Assembly: GCA_964057225.1 (NCBI GenBank)
Contig: OZ059898.1
Span: 18,166,001-18,230,000 of the forward strand
Source: Auanema rhodensis
Lineage: Eukaryota > Animalia > Nematoda
Reading direction: 5' to 3'
Length of the DNA: 64,000 nt
Shown: in pieces, positions 54,053-64,000 of the stretch
How the letters are laid out: each line of letters begins with the position of its first letter
Numbering within the stretch: position 1 is the first letter of the stretch
Translations under genes and position numbers: made by a program
Notes under the pieces: model-generated
Seen by the model: the letters and a program-made list of their open reading frames with translations, nothing else
Told to the model about the DNA's origin: nothing
The model's database searches: none

Positions 54053-57000
54053 ATTTTCACCCTGAAGAATTAATTTTTTCGTTGAATAACATTGTCCATC
54101 GTCTTTGCCTTGAAAAAAGGAATCTAAAAACATCTTCTTTTTGCTAAATTATTTTGAAATTTTTTGAAAAAATTTTTGTCAAAATGTTTTTGGAAGCAAT
54201 GTTGAGTGTACATGGAAACTCAACATACACTAATGCATCATTTTTCAAACGATCATAACTAATTTTTGTATTAAGCGTTTCTCAATGTAGTATAGTGCAT
54301 TCGATGCGGATTTTCAAGCTGCGTCGATCTGTGTTATCAGATTTGCGCTAGCTTAAAAATGCACCGAGATATCAACTGATATAAGTTCACACTTATTTCC
54401 TCGATTTTCACCCTGAAGAATTAATTTTTTCGTTGAATAACATTGTCCATCGTCTTTGCCTTGAAAAAAGGAATCTAAAAACATCTACTTTTTGCTAAAT
54501 TATTTTGAAATTTTTTGAAAAAATTTTTGTCAAAATGTTTTTGGAAGCAATGTTGAGTGTACATGGAAACTCAACATACACTAATGCATCATTTTTCAAA
54601 CGATCATAACTAATTTTTGTATTAAGCGTTTCTCAATGTAGTATAGTGCATTCGATGCGGATTTTTAAGCTGCGTCGATCTGTGTTATCAGATTTGCGCT
54701 AGCTTAAAAATGCACCGAGATATCAACTGATATAAGTTCACACTTATATCCTCGATTTTCACCCTGAAGAATTAATTTTTTCGTTGAAAAACATTGTCCA
54801 TCGTGTTTGCCTTGAAAAAAGAAATCTAAAAACATCTACTTTTTGCTAAATTATTTTGAAATTTTTCGAAAAAATTTTTGTCAAAATGTTTTTGGAAGCA
54901 ATGTTGAGTGTACATGGAAACTCAACATACACTAATGCATCATTTTTCAAACGATCATAACTAATTTTTGTATTAAGCGTTTCTCAATGTAGTATAGTGC
55001 ATTCGATGCGGATTTTTAAGCTGCTTCGATCTGTGTTATCAGATTTGCGCTAGCTTAAAAATGCACCGAGATATCAACTGATATAAGTTCACACTTATTT
55101 CCTCGATTTTCACCCTGAAGAATTAATTTTTTCGTTGAATAACATTGTCCATCGTCTTTGCCTTGAAAAAAGGAATCTAAAAACATCTACTTTTTGCTAA
55201 ATTATTTTGAAATTTTTTGAAAAAATTTTTGTCAAAATGTTTTTGGAAGCAATGTTGAGTGTACATGGAAACTCAACATACACTAATGCATCATTTTTCA
55301 AACGATCATAACTAATTTTTGTATTAAGCGTTTCTCAATGTAGTATAGTGCATTCGATGCGGATTTTTAAGCTGCGTCGATCTGTGTTATCAGATTTGCG
55401 CTAGCTTAAAAATGCACCGAGATATCAACTGATATAAGTTCACACTTATATCCTCGATTTTCACCCTGAAGAATTAATTTTTTCGTTGAAAAACATTGTC
55501 CATCGTGTTTGCCTTGAAAAAAGAAATCTAAAAACATCTACTTTTTGCTAAATTATTTTGAAATTTTTCGAAAAAATTTTTGTCAAAATGTTTTTGGAAG
55601 CAATGTTGAGTGTACATGGAAACTCAACATACACTAATGCATCATTTTTCAAACGATCATAACTAATTTTTGTATTAAGCGTTTCTCAATGTAGTATAGT
55701 GCATTCGATGCGGATTTTTAAGCTGCGTCGATCTGTGTTATCAGATTTGCGCTAGCTTAAAAATGCACCGAGATATCAACTGATATAAGTTCACACTTAT
55801 TTCCTCGATTTTCACCCTGAAGAATTAATTTTTTCGTTGAATAACATTGTCCATCGTCTTTGCCTTGAAAAAAGGAATCTAAAAACATCTTCTTTTTGCT
55901 AAATTATTTTGAAATTTTTTGAAAAAATTTTTGTCAAAATGTTTTTGGAAGCAATGTTGAGTGTACATGGAAACTCAACATACACTAATGCATCATTTTT
56001 CAAACGATCATAACTAATTTTTGTATTAAGCGTTTCTCAATGTAGTATAGTGCATTCGATGCGGATTTTCAAGCTGCGTCGATCTGTGTTATCAGATTTG
56101 CGCTAGCTTAAAAATGCACCGAGATATCAACTGATATAAGTTCACACTTATTTCCTCGATTTTCACCCTGAAGAATTAATTTTTTCGTTGAATAACATTG
56201 TCCATCGTCTTTGCCTTGAAAAAAGGAATCTAAAAACATCTACTTTTTGCTAAATTATTTTGAAATTTTTTGAAAAAATTTTTGTCAAAATGTTTTTGGA
56301 AGCAATGTTGAGTGTACATGGAAACTCAACATACACTAATGCATCATTTTTCAAACGATCATAACTAATTTTTGTATTAAGCGTTTCTCAATGTAGTATA
56401 GTGCATTCGATGCGGATTTTTAAGCTGCGTCGATCTGTGTTATCAGATTTGCGCTAGCTTAAAAATGCACCGAGATATCAACTGATATAAGTTCACACTT
56501 ATATCCTCGATTTTCACCCTGAAGAATTAATTTTTTCGTTGAAAAACATTGTCCATCGTGTTTGCCTTGAAAAAAGAAATCTAAAAACATCTACTTTTTG
56601 CTAAATTATTTTGAAATTTTTCGAAAAAATTTTTGTCAAAATGTTTTTGGAAGCAATGTTGAGTGTACATGGAAACTCAACATACACTAATGCATCATTT
56701 TTCAAACGATCATAACTAATTTTTGTATTAAGCGTTTCTCAATGTAGTATAGTGCATTCGATGCGGATTTTTAAGCTGCGTCGATCTGTGTTATCAGATT
56801 TGCGCTAGCTTAAAAATGCACCGAGATATCAACTGATATAAGTTCACACTTATTTCCTCGATTTTCACCCTGAAGAATTAATTTTTTCGTTGAATAACAT
56901 TGTCCATCGTCTTTGCCTTGAAAAAAGGAATCTAAAAACATCTACTTTTTGCTAAATTATTTTGAAATTTTTTGAAAAAATTTTTGTCAAAATGTTTTTG

Positions 57001-58264
57001 GAAGCAATGTTGAGTGTACATGGAAACTCAACATACACTAATGCATCATTTTTCAAACGATCATAACTAATTTTTGTATTAAGCGTTTCTCAATGTAGTA
57101 TAGTGCATTCGATGCGGATTTTTAAGCTGCGTCGATCTGTGTTATCAGATTTGCGCTAGCTTAAAAATGCACCGAGATATCAACTGATATAAGTTCACAC
57201 TTATATCCTCGATTTTCACCCTGAAGAATTAATTTTTTCGTTGAAAAACATTGTCCATCGTGTTTGCCTTGAAAAAAGAAATCTAAAAACATCTACTTTT
57301 TGCTAAATTATTTTGAAATTTTTCGAAAAAATTTTTGTCAAAATGTTTTTGGAAGCAATGTTGAGTGTACATGGAAACTCAACATACACTAATGCATCAT
57401 TTTTCAAACGATCATAACTAATTTTTGTATTAAGCGTTTCTCAATGTAGTATAGTGCATTCGATGCGGATTTTTAAGCTGCGTCGATCTGTGTTATCAGA
57501 TTTGCGCTAGCTTAAAAATGCACCGAGATATCAACTGATATAAGTTCACACTTATTTCCTCGATTTTCACCCTGAAGAATTAATTTTTTCGTTGAATAAC
57601 ATTGTCCATCGTCTTTGCCTTGAAAAAAGGAATCTAAAAACATCTACTTTTTGCTAAATTATTTTGAAATTTTTTGAAAAAATTTTTGTCAAAATGTTTT
57701 TGGAAGCAATGTTGAGTGTACATGGAAACTCAACATACACTAATGCATCATTTTTCAAACGATCATAACTAATTTTTGTATTAAGCGTTTCTCAATGTAG
57801 TATAGTGCATTCGATGCGGATTTTTAAGCTGCGTCGATCTGTGTTATCAGATTTGCGCTAGCTTAAAAATGCACCGAGATATCAACTGATATAAGTTCAC
57901 ACTTATATCCTCGATTTTCACCCTGAAGAATTAATTTTTTCGTTGAAAAACATTGTCCATCGTGTTTGCCTTGAAAAAAGAAATCTAAAAACATCTACTT
58001 TTTGCTAAATTATTTTGAAATTTTTCGAAAAAATTTTTGTCAAAATGTTTTTGGAAGCAATGTTGAGTGTACATGGAAACTCAACATACACTAATGCATC
58101 ATTTTTCAAACGATCATAACTAATTTTTGTATTAAGCGTTTCTCAATGTAGTATAGTGCATTCGATGCGGATTTTTAAGCTGCGTCGATCTGTATTATCA
58201 GATTTGCGCTAGCTTAAAAATGCACCGAGATATCAACTGATATAAGTTCACACTTATATCCTCG
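54053..58264. repeat. 5-mer tandem duplication grading into an alternating dimer (consensus/A-type, 702 bp)
   Basis: TTTTCAAGCT marker at 54315 and 56070 (1755 bp apart). A-type monomers start at 54755, 55457, 56510, 57212 and 57914. Confidence 0.82.
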
Positions 58265-61200
58265 ATTTTCACCCTGAAGAATTAATTTTTTTGTTGAATA
58301 ACATTGTCCATCGTCTTTGCCTTGAAAAAAGGAATCTAAAAACATCTACATTTTGCTAAATTATTTTGAAATTTTTTGAAAAAATTTTTGTCAAAATGTT
58401 TTTGGAAGCAATGTTGAGTGTACATGGAAACTCAACATACACTAATGCATCATTTTTCAAACGATCATAACTAATTTTTGTATAAAGCGTTTTTCAATGT
58501 AGTCAAGTGCATTCGATGCGGATTTTTAAGCTGCGTCGATCTGTGTTATCAGATTTGCGCTAGCTTAAAAATGCACCGAGATATCAACTGATATAAGTTC
58601 ACACTTATATCCTCGATTTTCACCCTGAAGAATTAATTTTTTCGTTGAAAAACATTGTCCATCGTGTTTGCCTTGAAAAAAGAAATCTAAAAACATCTAC
58701 TTTTTGCTAAATTATTTTGAAATTTTTCGAAAAAATTTTTGTCAAAATGTTTTTGGAAGCAATGTTGAGTGTACATGGAAACTCAACATACACTAATGCA
58801 TCATTTTTCAAACGATCATAACTAATTTTTGTATTAAGCGTTTCTCAATGTAGTATAGTGCATTCGATGCGGATTTTTAAGCTGCGTCGATCTGTGTTAT
58901 CAGATTTGCGCTAGCTTAAAAATGCACCGAGATATCAACTGATATAAGTTCACACTTATATCCTCGATTTTCACCCTGAAGAATTAATTTTTTCGTTGAA
59001 AAACATTGTCCATCGTGTTTGCCTTGAAAAAAGAAATCTAAAAACATCTACTTTTTGCTAAATTATTTTGAAATTTTTCGAAAAAATTTTTGTCAAAATG
59101 TTTTTGGAAGCAATGTTGAGTGTACATGGAAACTCAACATACACTAATGCATCATTTTTCAAACGATCATAACTAATTTTTGTATTAAGCGTTTCTCAAT
59201 GTAGTATAGTGCATTCGATGCGGATTTTTAAGCTGCGTCGATCTGTATTATCAGATTTGCGCTAGCTTAAAAATGCACCGAGATATCAACTGATATAAGT
59301 TCACACTTATATCCTCGATTTTCACCCTGAAGAATTAATTTTTTTGTTGAATAACATTGTCCATCGTCTTTGCCTTGAAAAAAGGAATCTAAAAACATCT
59401 ACATTTTGCTAAATTATTTTGAAATTTTTTGAAAAAATTTTTGTCAAAATGTTTTTGGAAGCAATGTTGAGTGTACATGGAAACTCAACATACACTAATG
59501 CATCATTTTTCAAACGATCATAACTAATTTTTGTATAAAGCGTTTCTCAATGTAGTATAGTGCATTCGATGCGGATTTTTAAGCTGCGTCGATCTGTGTT
59601 ATCAGATTTGCGCTAGCTTAAAAATGCACCGAGATATCAACTGATATAAGTTCACACTTATATCCTCGATTTTCACCCTGAAGAATTAATTTTTTCGTTG
59701 AAAAACATTTTCCATCGTGTTTGCCTTGAAGAAAGGAATCTAAAAACATCTACTTTTTGCTAAATTATTTTGAAATTTTTCGAAAAAATTTTTGTCAAAA
59801 TGTTTTTGGAAGCAATGTTGAGTGTACATGGAAACTCAACATACACTAATGCATCATTTTTCAAACGATCATAACTAATTTTTGTATTAAGCGTTTCTCA
59901 ATGTAGTATAGTGCATTCGATGCGGATTTTCAAGCTGCGTCGATCTGTGTTATCAGATTTGCGCTAGCTTAAAAATGCACCGAGATATCAACTGATATAA
60001 GTTCACACTTATTTCCTCGATTTTCACCCTGAAGAATTAATTTTTTCGTTGAATAACATTGTCCATCGTCTTTGCCTTGAAAAAAGGAATCTAAAAACAT
60101 CTACTTTTTGCTAAATTATTTTGAAATTTTTTGAAAAAATTTTTGTCAAAATGTTTTTGGAAGCAATGTTGAGTGTACATGGAAACTCAACATACACTAA
60201 TGCATCATTTTTCAAACGATCATAACTAATTTTTGTATTAAGCGTTTCTCAATGTAGTATAGTGCATTCGATGCGGATTTTTAAGCTGCGTCGATCTGTG
60301 TTATCAGATTTGCGCTAGCTTAAAAATGCACCGAGATATCAACTGATATAAGTTCACACTTATATCCTCGATTTTCACCCTGAAGAATTAATTTTTTCGT
60401 TGAAAAACATTGTCCATCGTGTTTGCCTTGAAAAAAGAAATCTAAAAACATCTACTTTTTGCTAAATTATTTTGAAATTTTTCGAAAAAATTTTTGTCAA
60501 AATGTTTTTGGAAGCAATGTTGAGTGTACATGGAAACTCAACATACACTAATGCATCATTTTTCAAACGATCATAACTAATTTTTGTATTAAACGTTTCT
60601 CAATGTAGTATAGTGCATTCGATGCGGATTTTTAAGCTGCGTCGATCTGTGTTATCAGATTTGCGCTAGCTTAAAAATGCACCGAGATATCAACTGATAT
60701 AAGTTCACACTTATATCCTCGATTTTCACCCTGAAGAATTAATTTTTTCGTTGAATAACATTGTCCATCGTCTTTGCCTTGAAAAAAGGAATCTAAAAAC
60801 ATCTACTTTTTGCTAAATTATTTTGAAATTTTTTGAAAAAATTTTTGTCAAAATGTTTTTGGAAGCAATGTTGAGTGTACATGGAAACTCAACATACACT
60901 AATGCATCATTTTTCAAACGATCATAACTAATTTTTGTATAAAGCGTTTTTTAATGTAGTATAGTGCATTCGATGCGGATTTTTAAGCTGCGTCGATCTG
61001 TGTTATCAGATTTGCGCTAGCTTAAAAATGCACCGAGATATCAACTGATATAAGTTCACACTTATATCCTCGATTTTCACCCTGAAGAATTAATTTTTTT
61101 GTTGAATAACATTGTCCATCGTCTTTGCCTTGAAAAAAGGAATCTAAAAACATCTACTTTTTGCTAAATTATTTTGAAATTTTTTGAAAAAATTTTTGTC

Positions 61201-62125
61201 AAAATGTTTTTGGAAGCAATGTTGAGTGTACATGGAAACTCAACATACACTAATGCATCATTTTTCAAACGATCATAACTAATTTTTGTATAAAGCGTTT
61301 TTCAATGTAGTATAGTGCATTCGATGCGGATTTTTAAGCTGCATCGATCTGTGTTATCAGATTTGCGCTAGCTTAAAAATGCACCGAGATATCAACTGAT
61401 ATAAGTTCACACTTATATCCTCGATTTTCACCCTGAAGAATTAATTTTTTCGTTGAAAAACATTGTCCATCGTGTTTGCCTTGAAAAAAGAAATCTAAAA
61501 ACATCTACTTTTTGCTAAATTATTTTGAAATTTTTCGAAAAAATTTTTGTCAAAATGTTTTTGGAAGCAATGTTGAGTGTACATGGAAACTCAACATACA
61601 CTAATGCATCATTTTTCAAACGATCATAACTAATTTTTGTCTTAAGCGTTTCTCAATGTAGTATAGTGCATTCGATGCGGATTTTTAAGCTGCGTCGATC
61701 TGTGTTATCAGATTTGCGCTAGCTTAAAAATGCACCGAGATATCAACTGATATAAGTTCACACTTATTTCCTCGATTTTCACCCTGAAGAATTAATTTTT
61801 TCGTTGAATAACATTGTCCATCGTCTTTGCCTTGAAAAAAGGAATCTAAAAACATCTTCTTTTTGCTAAATTATCTTGAAATTTTTTGAAAAAATTTTTG
61901 TCAAAATGTTTTTGGAAGCAATGTTGAGTGTACATGGAAACTCAACATACACTAATGCATCATTTTTCAAACGATCATAACTAATTTTTGTATAAAGCGT
62001 TTTTCAATGTAGTATAGTGCATTCGATGCGGATTTTTAAGCTGCGTCGATCTGTGTTATCAGATTTGCGCTAGCTTAAAAATGCACCGAGATATCAACTG
62101 ATATAAGTTCACACTTATTTCCTCG

Positions 62126-64000
62126 ATTTTCACCCTGAAGAATTAATTTTTTCGTTGAATAACATTGTCCATCGTCTTTGCCTTGAAAAAAGGAATCTAA
62201 AAACATCTACTTTTTGCTAAATTATTTTGAAATTTTCTGAAAAAATTTTTGTCAAAATGTTTTTGGAAGCAATGTTGAGTGTACATGGAAACTCAACATA
62301 CACTAATGCATCATTTTTCAAACGATCATAACTAATTTTTGTATAAAGCGTTTCTCAATGTAGTATAGTGCATTCGATGCGGATTTTTAAGCTGCGTCGA
62401 TCTGTGTTATCAGATTTGCGCTAGCTTAAAAATGCACCGAGATATCAACTGATATAAGTTCACACTTATTTCCTCGATTTTCACCCTGAAGAATTAATTT
62501 TTTCGTTGAATAACATTGTCCATCGTCTTTGCCTTGAAAAAAGGAATCTAAAAACATCTTCTTTTTGCTAAATTATCTTGAAATTTTTTGAAAAAATTTT
62601 TGTCAAAATGTTTTTGGAAGCAATGTTGAGTGTACATGGAAACTCAACATACACTAATGCATCATTTTTCAAACGATCATAACTAATTTTTGTATAAAGC
62701 GTTTTTCAATGTAGTATAGTGCATTCGATGCGGATTTTTAAGCTGCGTCGATCTGTATTATCAGATTTGCGCTAGCTTAAAAATGCACCGAGATATCAAC
62801 TGATATAAGTTCACACTTATATCCTCGATTTTCACCCTGAAGAATTAATTTTTTTGTTGAATAACATTGTCCATCGTCTTTGCCTTGAAAAAAGGAATCT
62901 AAAAACATCTACATTTTGCTAAATTATTTTGAAATTTTTTGAAAAAATTTTTGTCAAAATGTTTTTGGAAGCAATGTTGAGTGTACATGGAAACTCAACA
63001 TACACTAATGCATCATTTTTCAAACGATCATAACTAATTTTTGTATAAAGCGTTTTTCAATGTAGTATAGTGCATTCGATGCGGATTTTTAAGCTGCGTC
63101 GATCTGTGTTATCAGATTTGCGCTAGCTTAAAAATGCACCGAGATATCAACTGATATAAGTTCACACTTATTTCCTCGATTTTCACCCTGAAGAATTAAT
63201 TTTTTCGTTGAATAACATTGTCCATCGTCTTTGCCTTGAAAAAAGGAATCTAAAAACATCTACTTTTTGCTAAATTATTTTGAAATTTTCTGAAAAAATT
63301 TTTGTCAAAATGTTTTTGGAAGCAATGTTGAGTGTACATGGAAACTCAACATACACTAATGCATCATTTTTCAAACGATCATAACTAATTTTTGTATAAA
63401 GCGTTTCTCAATGTAGTATAGTGCATTCGATGCGGATTTTTAAGCTGCGTCGATCTGTGTTATCAGATTTGCGCTAGCTTAAAAATGCACCGAGATATCA
63501 ACTGATATAAGTTCACACTTATTTCCTCGATTTTCACCCTGAAGAATTAATTTTTTCGTTGAATAACATTGTCCATCGTCTTTGCCTTGAAAAAAGGAAT
63601 CTAAAAACATCTTCTTTTTGCTAAATTATCTTGAACTTTTTTGAAAAAATTTTTGTCAAAATGTTTTTGGAAGCAATGTTGAGTGTACATGGAAACTCAA
63701 CATACACTAATGCATCATTTTTCAAACGATCATAACTAATTTTTGTATAAAGCGTTTTTCAATGTAGTATAGTGCATTCGATGCGGATTTTTAAGCTGCG
63801 TCGATCTGTATTATCAGATTTGCGCTAGCTTAAAAATGCACCGAGATATCAACTGATATAAGTTCACACTTATATCCTCGATTTTCACCCTGAAGAATTA
63901 ATTTTTTTGTTGAATAACATTGTCCATCGTCTTTGCCTTGAAAAAAGGAATCTAAAAACATCTACATTTTGCTAAATTATTTTGAAATTTTTTGAAAAAA
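62126..64000. repeat. 3-mer tandem duplication (1053 bp), second copy truncated by the window end
   Basis: Private TTTTCTGA at 62237 and 63290. Each is followed by a B-like monomer carrying GTATTATC, then a CTACATTT monomer. Confidence 0.85.

Larger units (their letters stand above)
1..64000. repeat. Tandem satellite DNA array, 351-bp monomer, 182 full copies + 120 bp, single orientation, runs off both window edges
   Basis: ATTTTCACCCTGAAGAATT recurs at 1, 352, 1054, ... 11581, ... 45980, ... 63881. The period is exactly 351 bp apart from three 1-bp deletions and one 1-bp insertion. No non-satellite sequence seen. Confidence 0.99.

Noticed and set aside
1-64000. CRISPR array or prokaryotic repeat system
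   Set aside because: No unique spacers, a 351-bp unit, and no cas or other genes.
1-64000. Array as a collapsed or synthetic assembly artefact
   Set aside because: Linked, nested and domain-specific variants look like real duplication history. Individual duplications still need read support.

Overview
The whole 64-kb window is one uninterrupted, head-to-tail array of an AT-rich 351-bp satellite monomer (about 31% GC by hand count of copy 1). It holds 182 complete copies plus 120 bp, all in one orientation. I found no genes, RNA genes, transposon insertions or CRISPR spacers. Only four 1-bp indels break the register (near 4275, 6028, 9537 and 45911). Copies differ at about 20 recurrent positions plus scattered private changes. 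Read as markers, these show successive domains, each with its own short-lived higher-order repeat (HOR) or block duplication, at offsets of 3, 5, 6, 7, 8, 9, 10, 21 and 27 monomers. The monomer is rich in dyad symmetry (four hairpin/cruciform-capable elements) and A/T tracts, and is not CpG-depleted. The picture fits a young, actively homogenising (peri)centromeric or heterochromatic eukaryotic satellite, perhaps from an invertebrate. I cannot name the organism or family. I see no evidence of a novel protein- or RNA-encoding system; the interest is in array architecture and monomer structure. All variant calls were made by eye. 'pos' means position in the monomer, with pos 1 = window base 1.
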